64,000 bases of DNA from Leptospira sp. (GCA_034439575.1 JAWXAQ010000015.1:96001-160000); one strand, 5' to 3'; positions 27,055 through 38,055 are shown, counted from the stretch's first letter. Notes: generated by a model from the sequence alone, not told the origin. Translations and numbers: made by a program.

Positions 27055-28365
27055 ATGTCCCCGAACTTAAAAGACAATTCCTCTTTTGTATCTTATCTTG
27101 AAACTGAAATCAACGCTACATTAAGAAACGTTAGTTTTTATTCTTTCTTAATGGGTACGGGTTCTGCCTTACTCCTTGTCATTTTGCAATTTTTAGATCT
27201 AGTAAAACAAATGCAAGTTCCTATACTCTGGACCATAACAGGTGGACTTGTATCATTGAGTTTTTATTTTATCGCCAAACAAAACTTAGCTAAGGGATAT
27301 TTGATTTATATTATTATTTTATTTTACAGTACTCTACCTGGCATACTCTTTGTGCTGGCAGAATTTCTACTTCCTCTGGGAGCCGCGACATACATCACAG
27401 GCCCTGCTTCCTATTTGTATTTTTTTATGGTGATCTTATCTGGCTTTGCACTAGATGAAAGGTTATCTATTTTAGCAGGGATTTATACAGGCATCCAATA
27501 TCTATTTTTCTTTTTGATTTCGTTAGACGGGATACGCATGATAAATTCTCCCGATTTACTACAATGGCATGATCTGACGGATCCACCCATTTACTTTTTC
27601 AAATCCATGATGATGGTTTTTTCAGGTGTAGTCGTAGGCATATTAGTTCGAAACACAAAACGTTTGCTCAGCGAAGTATTGGAAAGAGAAAAAGAAAAAT
27701 CAAACATTTCCAGGTTATTTGGACAATTTGTATCCGAAGAAGTCAAAGATAAAGTTTTGAGTGAAGGTGTGACAAACCGAACTGAAAAAAAGAATGTGAT
27801 CATATTATTTTCTGATTTGCGATCATTTACATCTTTAAGCGAAAAATCAGATCCTGAAAAACTTATCCTTCAATTAAATGCCTACTTTGATCGAATGTCA
27901 GATTGTATTTCTATGAATGGCGGAACCATTGATAAGTTTATAGGCGATGCCATCATGGCTGTGTTTGGTGGATTTGTTCACGTCGATGATGTTGCCGATG
28001 CTGCCTTCCAAACATCAATTCAAATGCAAAAAGAGTTGATTCATTTAAATCGTGAATGGGCTAATTCAAATTTTCCTATTCTATCATCGGGAATCGGGCT
28101 TCATTTTGGAGAGGTAGTCCAAGGTGCCATTGGTTCTAAAAATCGCCTAGACTATACTGTGATAGGCGATGCTGTCAATACCGCATCGCGCATTGAAGGG
28201 CTTTGTTCTTCCTTACAGAAAAAGGTAATTCTCTCAACCAATGTCTATGAACTTCTTTCCCAACAAAACAAATCATTTTGCCAAAGTTTAGGAAGTCAAA
28301 AATTAAAAGGAAAAGAAAAGGAAGTAGAATTGTATTCTATCGATGAAAACGAATTTTTAAGATAA
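27055..28365 (+). CDS. membrane-bound class III adenylate/guanylate cyclase
   Basis: FSDLRSFT, DKFIGDAIM, YTVIGDAVNTASRIEG; N-terminal TM helices. Confidence 0.93.
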   Translation: MSPNLKDNSSFVSYLETEINATLRNVSFYSFLMGTGSALLLVILQFLDLVKQMQVPILWTITGGLVSLSFYFIAKQNLAKGYLIYIIILFYSTLPGILFVLAEFLLPLGAATYITGPASYLYFFMVILSGFALDERLSILAGIYTGIQYLFFFLISLDGIRMINSPDLLQWHDLTDPPIYFFKSMMMVFSGVVVGILVRNTKRLLSEVLEREKEKSNISRLFGQFVSEEVKDKVLSEGVTNRTEKKNVIILFSDLRSFTSLSEKSDPEKLILQLNAYFDRMSDCISMNGGTIDKFIGDAIMAVFGGFVHVDDVADAAFQTSIQMQKELIHLNREWANSNFPILSSGIGLHFGEVVQGAIGSKNRLDYTVIGDAVNTASRIEGLCSSLQKKVILSTNVYELLSQQNKSFCQSLGSQKLKGKEKEVELYSIDENEFLR

Positions 28366-28405
28366 CGTGAATCCTAATTATATTTCGCAATAGAAAAAAT
28401 AAAGA

Positions 28406-28840
28406 CTATGGTTCTTTAAATAATAATGGATTTGCCTTTGGGTATTTTTTGGGAATCTCTTCCCACCAAACATCAGTACTAAAACTTTGCGAGGCTAGAA
28501 TTTTCCATTTGCCGTTCTTTTTGATAAAAAAACTTTCTACATGGCAACAATCAATACCCTGGTCTTCTGGCAATGAAATGGATTTACCGTCCGTCCGAGT
28601 AGCATCACCTTTGAACCAAGCATACTCACCGCTTACATTAAATAAATTTACGACAAAGACTGTATCAATATCAAATTCCTTCTTTAGATTCATTCGAACC
28701 AAATCCAACATTTCTGTACGTTCTTTAAGATTTGTCTTGTTTTTAGTTTTAAAATCAAGTATAGCTGTCTCTCCAAACAATTCAAAAATAAAACTGAATA
28801 AAATGAAAAAAGTAAAATATTTACCCATATTGCCAACCAT
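28406..28840 (-). CDS. hypothetical secreted protein
   Basis: Signal peptide, NTF2-like pattern (VSGEYAW...KKNGKWKI); start may be 28828. Confidence 0.65.
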   Translation of the reverse strand: MVGNMGKYFTFFILFSFIFELFGETAILDFKTKNKTNLKERTEMLDLVRMNLKKEFDIDTVFVVNLFNVSGEYAWFKGDATRTDGKSISLPEDQGIDCCHVESFFIKKNGKWKILASQSFSTDVWWEEIPKKYPKANPLLFKEP

Positions 28841-28974
28841 TTAACGTGAATTAGATTTAAATTGCCAATTGGAGTATGATATTTATTGATTAAAGACTAA
28901 CATACATATTTAATCAATAAAATCCAAATAGACAAATTCAATTACATTAAAACAATGTTCTTAGATCTCGCAAT

Positions 28975-30735
28975 ATGTCAAACTCAGAAATAAGCACTGG
29001 AAAATTTCGAAGCTTACTGCATATATCAGCAGTTTTGAATGCGAATCTTGACATTCATCAATTACTTCCTTTGATTATGCTGTATTCCAAAGACCTTTTG
29101 GAAGCCGAGGCTAGCTCACTTTTTTTATTAGATCATGATGAATTTTTATATTGTGAAGTAGCTCTTGGTGACAAAGGAGAAATTATCCAACAGTATGCGA
29201 GACTCGAACTAGGCGAGGGAATTGTTGGAACCGTTGCCAAAGAAAAAAAGGCAATCGCCCTAAGCGATGCTTACAAAGACCCAAGGTTCAATCCAGAAAT
29301 GGACCAAAAAACTGGCTTCCGCACCAAATCACTAATCTGTGTTCCACTCTTTGTAGAAGACCGATTGATCGGTACATTGGAAGTTATGAATAAAAGTAAA
29401 AATCGGGTATTTGATGAAGCCGATTTAGAATACTTATTGGCACTCTCAGAAGTTGCCGCTATCGCCATACAAAACGCAAATGCGAAAGACAGCCTTGATA
29501 AAAGAATTTTAGAACTATCCTTACTTTATGAATTCGAAAAACTAGCTGTCTCCGAAAAAAGTTTACCCGAACTTGGCAAATGGATACTGGAACGAGTGTT
29601 AGAATATCTTGAGGCAACATCAGGAACGATCTATCTTGCAGATCCAAATCAAAAAATGCTTTCGATACTCGCGGCCAAAGGAATACCAGAAGAAGCATAT
29701 GATCAAATTCGTGTTCCTTTTGGTACGGGCATTGCAGGTTGGGTAGCTAGCGAAAAACAAGATTTACTTATACATAATTTAGATGCGGATCCTAGATATA
29801 ATAAATTAGCACATTATAAATTTGAATCAAATTCGCTCATATCATCACCTTTAATTTATTTTGATGAATTGTTAGGTGTGATTAGCATCAACAATAAAAA
29901 ATCAGGGTATGCATTTAACCATTCAGACTTAGAATTACTTTCTACGATTGCAAATCGCCTCAGTAGCACGATAAAAAACGCACAACTTTTTCATAAAATC
30001 GTAGATTCAGAAAAAGAATTGAACCGTGCGAAAAACATAATGAAAAAAATTATGCCGAGTGCCCTTCCCTTAACTCCAAAACTACAATACGGTGTATCAC
30101 ATATACCTTTAGAACAAGTAGGTGGGGATTTTTACGATGTAACTCAAATCACTGAAACAAAATATTCCGTATTGATCGCAGATATATCTGGTCATGGATT
30201 GTCAGCGGCTGTACTTGCTGCCATGGCTCATATGGTTTTAAAAAATTTTGAAACAGAATTAAAACTAACTCCGGCTAATTTTTTATCTACACTAAATCAT
30301 ATGTTATACGGAAAATTGGCTAGTAACTTCCTGACTGCTTTCTATGGCATTATTGATATAGAAGAAAACACGATTCTTTGTGCCAATGCGGGGCACCACC
30401 CACCCCTATTGATTTCAAAATCACAAAAGACAGTAATTCCGCTTCCGATCAAAGGAAAATTGTTAGGATTGATACCGGATCTATTGTATGAAGAAAAACA
30501 ATTTTCATTTTCGCCAGAAGAACGTCTTGTATTATTTACAGATGGCCTCACCGAACACGCAAGTCCCGATAAACGCATCAAATACGAAGAAACACTCTTT
30601 GAATCTGATATAAAAAATTCCATCGACCTAAATGCACAATTGGCATCAGATTTTTTGATTAACTCTGCTCGCAGTTATACGAAAAATGAAACTTTCGAGG
30701 ATGATGTCACCTTACTGATCGTAGATCGATTCTGA
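28975..30735 (+). CDS. GAF-GAF-SpoIIE (PP2C) phosphatase
   Basis: Two GAF domains; VGGDFYD, IADISGHG, NAGH, LFTDG, DDVT. Confidence 0.93.
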   Translation: MSNSEISTGKFRSLLHISAVLNANLDIHQLLPLIMLYSKDLLEAEASSLFLLDHDEFLYCEVALGDKGEIIQQYARLELGEGIVGTVAKEKKAIALSDAYKDPRFNPEMDQKTGFRTKSLICVPLFVEDRLIGTLEVMNKSKNRVFDEADLEYLLALSEVAAIAIQNANAKDSLDKRILELSLLYEFEKLAVSEKSLPELGKWILERVLEYLEATSGTIYLADPNQKMLSILAAKGIPEEAYDQIRVPFGTGIAGWVASEKQDLLIHNLDADPRYNKLAHYKFESNSLISSPLIYFDELLGVISINNKKSGYAFNHSDLELLSTIANRLSSTIKNAQLFHKIVDSEKELNRAKNIMKKIMPSALPLTPKLQYGVSHIPLEQVGGDFYDVTQITETKYSVLIADISGHGLSAAVLAAMAHMVLKNFETELKLTPANFLSTLNHMLYGKLASNFLTAFYGIIDIEENTILCANAGHHPPLLISKSQKTVIPLPIKGKLLGLIPDLLYEEKQFSFSPEERLVLFTDGLTEHASPDKRIKYEETLFESDIKNSIDLNAQLASDFLINSARSYTKNETFEDDVTLLIVDRF

Positions 30736-30834
30736 TATTTTTTAATCTCTCCATCAGTTCTCATTCATAATTAGAACTCTTGACATTTTTGATGGAAATA
30801 TAAATATTTAGAAAAATTTCTAAAAGAGATAAGT

Positions 30835-31149
30835 ATGAAAAAAATCCTCATTTCCCTATCGTTATTAGTTTTATTGTCAAATTGTGTTGTTCCATTTGCC
30901 GGAAGACAGATGATAGCTTACGATCCTAAAACAACCGCTACACGCATTCATCATGAAAAACAAGGCACATTGTTATTGTTTGGTGTACTTCCTGTAGATT
31001 CACTTTTGGATATGAAAAGAGAACTCGAACTCGCACGTACTAACAATTCATGCACCGACATTAAAAATATTGATATTTCTTATTACAATCAGCATTTTTA
31101 TATCATAGGATTTGAAAAGTTAGTTGTGAATGCAGATTGTGTAAAATAA
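30835..31149 (+). CDS. small lipoprotein
   Basis: Lipobox LSNC, two further Cys residues. Confidence 0.7.
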   Translation: MKKILISLSLLVLLSNCVVPFAGRQMIAYDPKTTATRIHHEKQGTLLLFGVLPVDSLLDMKRELELARTNNSCTDIKNIDISYYNQHFYIIGFEKLVVNADCVK

Positions 31150-31157
31150 AATATAAG

Positions 31158-31196
31158 AGAGTGAGCAAAAACAATTACAAAAGTTTTTCTCACTCT
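31158..31196 (+). terminator. hairpin, possible terminator
   Basis: AGAGTGAG(c)AAAAAC...GTTTTTCTCACTCT. Confidence 0.45.
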
Positions 31197-31329
31197 AGCT
31201 TTTCAATAAGTCTCACAAATTAATTCTCAGTCTTCCTCGAGATTCTATTTCTATTACTATACCCTCTTATCATTGACTTAAAAATGATTCCCCAAGATCT
31301 AAATTTGAAAAAAATCTTATAAGTTTGGC

Positions 31330-31363
31330 TTGACAAAAATAACATATCGTATATTTACGATAT
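31330..31363 (+). promoter_or_regulatory. ars promoter and ArsR operator
   Basis: TTGACA at 31330; inverted repeat ATATCGTA-TATT-TACGATAT at 31344-31363 abutting the GTG start. Confidence 0.7.
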
Positions 31364-31365
31364 AC

Positions 31366-31704
31366 GTGGCATTAAACAAAAAGACAGAATTTGAAACTCG
31401 GATCCAGAGTCTTTCCGCGCTCCACAAGGCCTTATCGCACCCTGCCCGTCTTGCCATCCTAGAAACCCTAGCAGAAAGGCAGTCCTGTGTCTGCGGAGAG
31501 ATTGTAGATACATTGCCGCTGGCCCAGGCTACTGTTTCACAGCACCTTCGTGAATTGAAAGAAACCGGTCTGATTAAGGGTGAAATCGAAGGCAAAACCT
31601 CATGTTACTGTTTGGACTGGGGTGCTTTGGAAGAAATGGAAGAGGATTTTAAGAATTTTTTTGAACAAATAAAAAAATATAAAATGGATACAGGTTGTTG
31701 CTAA
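31366..31704 (+). CDS. arsR: ArsR-family arsenic-responsive repressor
   Basis: KALSHPARLAIL, CVCGEI, QATVSQHLRELK, C-terminal CC; GTG start inferred. Confidence 0.9.
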   Translation: MALNKKTEFETRIQSLSALHKALSHPARLAILETLAERQSCVCGEIVDTLPLAQATVSQHLRELKETGLIKGEIEGKTSCYCLDWGALEEMEEDFKNFFEQIKKYKMDTGCC

Positions 31705-32132
31705 TGGAAAAAATCTTACGTAAGAATATTCTAATATTATGCACTGGTAATAGTTGTCGCAGTCAAATGGCGGAAGGATGGATACGTCACTACGCAGGTG
31801 ATCGTGCCGAAGTATATAGCGCAGGAATTGAAACCCATGGAGTCAATCCAAGGGCGATTCAAACTATGAAAGATGCGGGCATTGATATTTCAAAACATAC
31901 GTCGAATCATATCGATGAATACAGAAATATCCCGTTTGATTTTATGATCACAGTATGTGACCATGCGAATGAAAATTGTCCTTATTTTCCCTCCACTGCC
32001 AAAAGATTTCATAACAATTTCAAAGATCCTGCAAAATTAAAGGGAACTGAAGAAGAGATCAAAAAAGCGTTCGCTACCGCAAGAGAAGAAATCAGAATCT
32101 ATAGCCAAGAATTCGTAGAAAAAAATTTATAG
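31704..32132 (+). CDS. arsC: thioredoxin-type arsenate reductase (LMW-PTP fold)
   Basis: LCTGNSCRSQMAEG, ITVCDHANENCPYFP, DPA. Confidence 0.93.
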   Translation: MEKILRKNILILCTGNSCRSQMAEGWIRHYAGDRAEVYSAGIETHGVNPRAIQTMKDAGIDISKHTSNHIDEYRNIPFDFMITVCDHANENCPYFPSTAKRFHNNFKDPAKLKGTEEEIKKAFATAREEIRIYSQEFVEKNL

Positions 32133-32141
32133 GAAAAAATT

Positions 32142-32687
32142 ATGAAATTAACATGGAAAACATTTTTACAAATTATCAACATACATCCAGAATTGAATTT
32201 AAGATTTGAATATGGTGACAAAATTCTTATCGCTTCTGATTATCACATAACAGAATTTAAATTAGCAAATATCCAATCTATAGACTGCGGAGGCAATATT
32301 GACTCATGGTCGGAAATGATTTTGCAAGTGTTGGAACCAGGCGTCAACTTTGAAAAGGAAGCGATGGAAATTCAAAAACTGTTATCCATAATAGATAAAG
32401 TAAATAGTAAAATGGATATACCGAATGATTGTTTATTACGAATCGAATTTGGCAATAAGGACATCCCTATGAGTCAATATTTTGTCAATTCCATAGGAAT
32501 TACAAATTCATCATTAATCGTTCATCTGGAAGAAGGCGCACCTGAATGCAAAGCGGCGGAATCTTGTGGACTTCCCAATGAGAAAGCAAGCAAAGACAAT
32601 TCCAAAAGTGCTTGCGGTTGTGGGCCAAGCATTTCAATGAAAACACCGACGACAGAAATTTCCAAAAAATCATCGGGTTGTTGTTAG
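32142..32687 (+). CDS. DUF6428-like protein with Cys-rich tail
   Basis: YHITEFK, IDCGG, LQV motifs; tail C..ESCG..ACGCG..SGCC; lies in the ars operon. Confidence 0.7.
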   Translation: MKLTWKTFLQIINIHPELNLRFEYGDKILIASDYHITEFKLANIQSIDCGGNIDSWSEMILQVLEPGVNFEKEAMEIQKLLSIIDKVNSKMDIPNDCLLRIEFGNKDIPMSQYFVNSIGITNSSLIVHLEEGAPECKAAESCGLPNEKASKDNSKSACGCGPSISMKTPTTEISKKSSGCC

Positions 32688-33722
32688 ATGAAAAAACTAT
32701 CTTTCATTGATCGATATCTGACTCTTTGGATTTTTTTAGCAATGGCTATTGGAATTTTAATCGGGAATTATTTTCCTGAGGCAGTCAAAAGTTTTTCTAG
32801 TCTTTCCAAAGGAACAACTAACATACCGCTTGCGATTGGCCTAATACTAATGATGTATCCGCCTCTCGCAAAGGTTAAGTATGAAAATCTGGGAAATGTA
32901 TTTTCAAATAAAAAAATTCTTTCTATTTCTCTCATACTGAATTGGGTGATCGGACCAATTCTTATGTTTTTTTTGGCGATTATTTTTTTACCACTCAAAC
33001 AAGAGTATATGGTTGGTTTAATTCTTATCGGCATTGCCAGATGCATTGCAATGGTAATCGTATGGAATGAGTTAGCTTCCGGTGATAGAGAATATGCCGC
33101 AGGACTTGTAGCCTTGAACAGTTTGTTTCAAGTTTTTTTTTATAGCTTTTATGCCTATATTTTTATCACATATTTACCGCCATTATTTGGCATCCAAAGT
33201 ATCGCCATTGATATTGGAATTAAAGATATCGCAGAAACTGTCGGAATTTATCTTGGGATTCCCTTCTTGCTTGGATTTCTTTCCCGTTATTTTATCATAC
33301 GTTTTTATTCCGAAAAATTTTATACAGAGTCGTTTTTAAAATACATTTCACCTATCACACTTATTTCACTTTTGTTTACAATTATTGTTATGTTTAGTTT
33401 AAAAGGTGATTTGATTGTGAACCTAACGGGTGATGTGTTTTTAGTCGCGATTCCATTATTGATTTACTTTGTCATAATGTTCTTTATTAGTATATTTATA
33501 GGAATCAAATTGGGTGTTGATTACTCAAAAAATGCATCCATTGCGTTTACGGCTACCGGTAATAATTTCGAGTTAGCGATTGCAGTGGCAATCGGAGTAT
33601 TCGGAATCAATAGTGGTGCCGCTTTCGTAGGAATGATTGGACCGCTTGTGGAAGTGCCCGCTTTGATATTACTTGTAAATGTAAGCCTCTGGGTGAAAAA
33701 AAAGTTTTATCTAAAAAATTGA
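32688..33722 (+). CDS. acr3: ACR3-family arsenite efflux transporter
   Basis: [40 protein letters not shown]. Confidence 0.95.
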   Translation: MKKLSFIDRYLTLWIFLAMAIGILIGNYFPEAVKSFSSLSKGTTNIPLAIGLILMMYPPLAKVKYENLGNVFSNKKILSISLILNWVIGPILMFFLAIIFLPLKQEYMVGLILIGIARCIAMVIVWNELASGDREYAAGLVALNSLFQVFFYSFYAYIFITYLPPLFGIQSIAIDIGIKDIAETVGIYLGIPFLLGFLSRYFIIRFYSEKFYTESFLKYISPITLISLLFTIIVMFSLKGDLIVNLTGDVFLVAIPLLIYFVIMFFISIFIGIKLGVDYSKNASIAFTATGNNFELAIAVAIGVFGINSGAAFVGMIGPLVEVPALILLVNVSLWVKKKFYLKN

Positions 33723-33764
33723 TTCGCTGATATAAATTTTCTTTTCATATGTTAATTTAAATAT

Positions 33765-35534
33765 ATGAAAAGAGATTTTTTATTTAGAATTATTATCTGT
33801 CTTTTGTTTTTTTTAAGTACAAACTGTTCGAAATTACATTTAAATAACCCGCAAGATCCATTTACAATAAATCCACTTTTAAATTTATTATTAAACGGAG
33901 CAGGTTCACTCTTTGGGGCAGGAGCCGCGACGCAAGAAATTGTTACACCGCCCTTGATTTCGAATGCGATAAATTTATCCACACTATCTTCTGGTTTTTT
34001 AATCGGAACTGCGACAACGGAGGTGAAGCAAGTAGAGGTATCTATTGATAACGGTAGCTATGTGGCCGCATCCGGTTCTTCGAATTGGAAATTTGCCATT
34101 CCAAGTGGATCCATTACATGGACAAATGGTTCGTATCATACCCTTAAAGTTCGTGGCAAAAATCAAATTGGAGATGTTTCTAGCGATACAACGATACGAA
34201 TTAAAAAAGGTAGAAATAAAGATATAAATGGTGATGGGTATCCAGATTTGGTAATCGGTGCAAAAGGTTTGAGCAAGGTTTATATATTTTATGGAAGTAA
34301 AAATGGGATCTCATCTAAGAGCTCAGCCGATGCAGATTTGATTTTGAATGGAGTCACTGTTAGTGATAACTTTGGATCTAGTATTTCACTTGGTGATATC
34401 AATTCTGATGGATTTGCAGATATTTGTGTTGGAGCCTTTATGTTTTCTTCGGGAACTGGACAAATTTATATATTTTATGGGAACTCTTCTGGAATTTCAA
34501 TTCTAACAGCAAGCACAGCAGCGACTAAAATAACAGGCGTTTCAGCTACAGATAATGCTGGTAATGTTGCCGTCGGCGATATCAATAGAGATGGATATGA
34601 TGATTTGGCTGTAGGTGCAGTTGGCGTTGCTTCGTCAACTGGTGCAGTCTACTTATTTCATGGTTCAAGTAACGGAATCTTAACGGGCCTGACTACGTCT
34701 GCGATCACAACCCTTACCGGATTTGCCTTGAGTGATTCTTTTGGCACTTCTATCACTATTTCGGATATTAATGGTGATGGATTTGCTGAAGTGATTGTCG
34801 GTGCTTTTTCTGCCAACTCAAACACCGGTGGTGTTTATGTATTCAATGGTTCTTCCTCCGGTATAACTTCTGCTAATTCTAGCTTAGCAAATTCAATTAT
34901 TTTGGGAACGGCAAGTGTCGGACAAGTGGGAGGAAGCCTTAGTGCAAATGATGTTAATGGTGACGGTAAAAACGATTTTCTCATTGGCGGAATTGGTGTT
35001 AATGGAGGACTAGGTTCTAACCAAGGTCAGGCGTTTTTGTTTTATGGACAATCCAACAATTTTGGAAGCATAACAACTTCCTCAGCTTCTTCCACTTTTT
35101 CCGGTGCAGCTGCTAATGATGCGTTTGGTACGGTTGGCATGGATGATTTAAATTGTGACGGTTATGCGGATATTTTTATCGGAGCCAGGGGAAGAAATTC
35201 CAACATAGGACAAAGTTATGTATTTCTTTCCCAAGGTACATCAGGCGTCTCAACAGCATTAGCTTCCTCAGCTAACTTCACTCAGACGGGAATTGTCACT
35301 GGAGACTTGCTTGGGTATGTAACAGGGACCGACATCAATGGCGATGGATATGCAGATTTAATTGTAGGTTCACCAAATCGAGATGCAGGCCAAGGTTCAT
35401 TCAACCAAGGTGAAGTTTATATATTTAAAGGGCGAGCGAGCGGATCCATTAGTGCGAGTGCCAGTGGTGCTGACACTATATTAACAGGCGTTATTGGTGG
35501 GAATAACCATTTTGGACAAGCATTGCCAAATTGA
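33765..35534 (+). CDS. FG-GAP/integrin-alpha-like beta-propeller lipoprotein
   Basis: Lipobox STNC, Ig-like region, seven D(I/V/L)NxDGxxD repeats. Confidence 0.9.
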   Translation: MKRDFLFRIIICLLFFLSTNCSKLHLNNPQDPFTINPLLNLLLNGAGSLFGAGAATQEIVTPPLISNAINLSTLSSGFLIGTATTEVKQVEVSIDNGSYVAASGSSNWKFAIPSGSITWTNGSYHTLKVRGKNQIGDVSSDTTIRIKKGRNKDINGDGYPDLVIGAKGLSKVYIFYGSKNGISSKSSADADLILNGVTVSDNFGSSISLGDINSDGFADICVGAFMFSSGTGQIYIFYGNSSGISILTASTAATKITGVSATDNAGNVAVGDINRDGYDDLAVGAVGVASSTGAVYLFHGSSNGILTGLTTSAITTLTGFALSDSFGTSITISDINGDGFAEVIVGAFSANSNTGGVYVFNGSSSGITSANSSLANSIILGTASVGQVGGSLSANDVNGDGKNDFLIGGIGVNGGLGSNQGQAFLFYGQSNNFGSITTSSASSTFSGAAANDAFGTVGMDDLNCDGYADIFIGARGRNSNIGQSYVFLSQGTSGVSTALASSANFTQTGIVTGDLLGYVTGTDINGDGYADLIVGSPNRDAGQGSFNQGEVYIFKGRASGSISASASGADTILTGVIGGNNHFGQALPN

Positions 35535-35552
35535 CATCTGCTTTCAATAAAC

Positions 35553-36230
35553 TTAATTTAACACTGTCTTCGCTTTTTTTCCTTCTGGTTTTGGAAATTT
35601 ATATTCTTTGTTGGATAAATTTGCTATTTCCAACATACAATCGTGAAGGAAAATTTCGGGATCATCACTTTTAGCAAAAAATTTAGGGTTTCCGAAACGA
35701 ATGAAAATTTTTGTTCGGGGAAATCCTTTTTTATATTCCAAACCTACACAAATGATTTGGAGAGGTTCTGCAGGTTTCCCAACAATAAACCGAAAGCCTG
35801 GTGACTTTCCTTTACCCATACGTGTCATGTGACGGGATTGTTCGGGGAAAATGACGAGTAAGTTTCCATCATATAAAGTTTTCCTAGCGAATAACAATTG
35901 TTCTTTGCTCTTTTCAGGATTTTTTCTATCAACGGGAATTCCACCGATCTTCAAGAAAAAACCAAAAAAATAAGGTTTCACTAAATTATCTTTAATGATG
36001 CACCAAGCATCATCTCTATGAAACGTATCAATCATGGAAGGCAATCCCGCGACGATATCATGGTTACTGCAATGTTTTGAAAGTATCAACAAAGGACCTT
36101 TAGGTTCTAATGGACCTAAAGTTTGAATTACAATTTTAAATCTTAAGGCATAGATGTATTTTCCAATCAGATAAAGAATCTTTGAAGTTAACTTTGATTT
36201 ACCTGGATGAGAATTGGAATTTGATTTCAT
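35553..36230 (-). CDS. lysophospholipid acyltransferase family protein
   Basis: KHCSNHD, GGIPVDR, IFPEQSR. Confidence 0.85.
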   Translation of the reverse strand: MKSNSNSHPGKSKLTSKILYLIGKYIYALRFKIVIQTLGPLEPKGPLLILSKHCSNHDIVAGLPSMIDTFHRDDAWCIIKDNLVKPYFFGFFLKIGGIPVDRKNPEKSKEQLLFARKTLYDGNLLVIFPEQSRHMTRMGKGKSPGFRFIVGKPAEPLQIICVGLEYKKGFPRTKIFIRFGNPKFFAKSDDPEIFLHDCMLEIANLSNKEYKFPKPEGKKAKTVLN

Positions 36231-36317
36231 ACTAATTCACATATTTAAGAATCCCTTTCCTTATACTAGCGAGATTTCAAAATTATAATAATCATTGAGA
36301 ATTAAATAATGATTTTA

Positions 36318-37922
36318 CTATTCTAATGAAAGAGAAACAGAAAATTCCGTGAACTCACCATCCCTTTTGTAATAAATTTCGCCTCCATAGGATTCTATTA
36401 TTTTTTTAGAAATAAAAAGTCCTAAGCCTGTTCCTTCACCTTCGGTTTTCGTAGTAACAAACGGATTAAATAATTTTGTTTTAATTTCTTCATTGATACC
36501 TTTTCCGTTATCAATAATTCGAATCAGTGCCTTGTTTTGTTCTGAAGTTAATTTTATTTTGATGCGTCCCGTTTCATTATCTGTAGCTTGGATTGCATTA
36601 AGTATTAAATGAGACCATACATGCATAATATTTTGCTCATTTGCTAAAATAAATATAGAATCATCCAATTCTAAATTGATTTCCCTGCCAGAATTTATAA
36701 AATTAGAATATAATAATACAATATTTCGAATCGTATTCGATAGTTGAATTTTTGAAAAATCATCTTTATTCAAAGAACGAGAAAAATGTCGAAATGTGGT
36801 TATTATTTTCTGTGAACGATCAATGGAATTTTCGATCAGTATATTGTTTTTTTCTAATATACTCGCCTTTAAAAAAACATAAAATGCGAGTATCATATCT
36901 TCATTCTTGAAACGAATCTCTTTTAAACTAGAAATATCAATACCAAGGTCTATGGAATTTTCTACTAAGTAATATCTAACCTTTGGTTCAACCCAAGAAA
37001 AATATTTTTGAAGCTCTAATTTGTCGGCCAATTTTTCTTTTCTAGTTCTATATATATATTTTAAATTAGATTTTAGAAATTCAATTTTATTGTTTTTCTC
37101 AACATCAAAGTATTTAACAAATTCATTCTCTTCATCAAAAATATAATTAACGGTTCCCTTAATGCCTGCTAAGGGATTATTAATTTCGTGAGCTAAACTT
37201 AATGCAATGATTCCAATTACATTTGATCTTTCTTGGCTCACCAAAGAATTTTCACGGGATTGAATTTCAGCTAATAGCTGTTCATTATTTGAATCCAATA
37301 CATATAATAAAAATTGAATCAGCTTATAGTAACATATAACAATTGAGATAAGTAAGAATACTTTCATTACTTCTAATGGTAAATAAATAATATTTGGTCC
37401 AAGAATCGAAAAATCGAGATTATTCAAATGATTAGCACCTAACATTCCCGAAAGAATAATAGCCCCAATATAAACTAAGACTGTTATGATTCCAATGCAT
37501 AACAAATAAGTTAAATCGAGTAAAAAACCACTACAAAGCAAATAAAAAAAGAATATGATGAGATAAATCGAATTGATAATAGGAACCGCTGTTAGTGAAG
37601 GGCTATTTTTATAAATGGTAAAATAGAAAGCTGAAAACAAGATTAAAAAATCGATAGACAATAGAACCTTATACGACCAAAAATGAATCCCTTTTTTACT
37701 TCGATAAAAAAATGACATTATAATCGAAGTTACAGAATAATAAACTGCAATTACGAATGGTGGATAAAATATTGGTTTTCCATAATTAGCTATGGAAGCA
37801 TAGATTGCGGCTATATTGATTATCAACCGAACTACAAATAATATGTTAAGTCCTTTATATCTTACTTGGCCTGCATATTCTTTTAAAAACTCGATCGTAG
37901 TGTTCATAATGAATTGGATCAA
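36318..37922 (-). CDS. membrane sensor histidine kinase
   Basis: AHEINNPL, LNAIQA, DNGKG, FVTTK, GTGLGL. Confidence 0.92.
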   Translation of the reverse strand: MIQFIMNTTIEFLKEYAGQVRYKGLNILFVVRLIINIAAIYASIANYGKPIFYPPFVIAVYYSVTSIIMSFFYRSKKGIHFWSYKVLLSIDFLILFSAFYFTIYKNSPSLTAVPIINSIYLIIFFFYLLCSGFLLDLTYLLCIGIITVLVYIGAIILSGMLGANHLNNLDFSILGPNIIYLPLEVMKVFLLISIVICYYKLIQFLLYVLDSNNEQLLAEIQSRENSLVSQERSNVIGIIALSLAHEINNPLAGIKGTVNYIFDEENEFVKYFDVEKNNKIEFLKSNLKYIYRTRKEKLADKLELQKYFSWVEPKVRYYLVENSIDLGIDISSLKEIRFKNEDMILAFYVFLKASILEKNNILIENSIDRSQKIITTFRHFSRSLNKDDFSKIQLSNTIRNIVLLYSNFINSGREINLELDDSIFILANEQNIMHVWSHLILNAIQATDNETGRIKIKLTSEQNKALIRIIDNGKGINEEIKTKLFNPFVTTKTEGEGTGLGLFISKKIIESYGGEIYYKRDGEFTEFSVSLSLE

Positions 37923-38022
37923 TACACTTTTTGATTCTGGTTTATAATCAATTCTAAAAATTAAATTCGAATTGATAATCTATCTTCGTTTTGATTCAAA
38001 ATACTTATTCTTCGCAAAAGGC

Positions 38023-38055
38023 AAAAAAAAACCCCGACAAATGCCGAGGTTTTTT
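38023..38055 (-). terminator. intrinsic terminator (possibly bidirectional)
   Basis: A-tract-CCCCG-loop-CGAGG-T-tract downstream of the acyl-CoA dehydrogenase gene. Confidence 0.7.
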
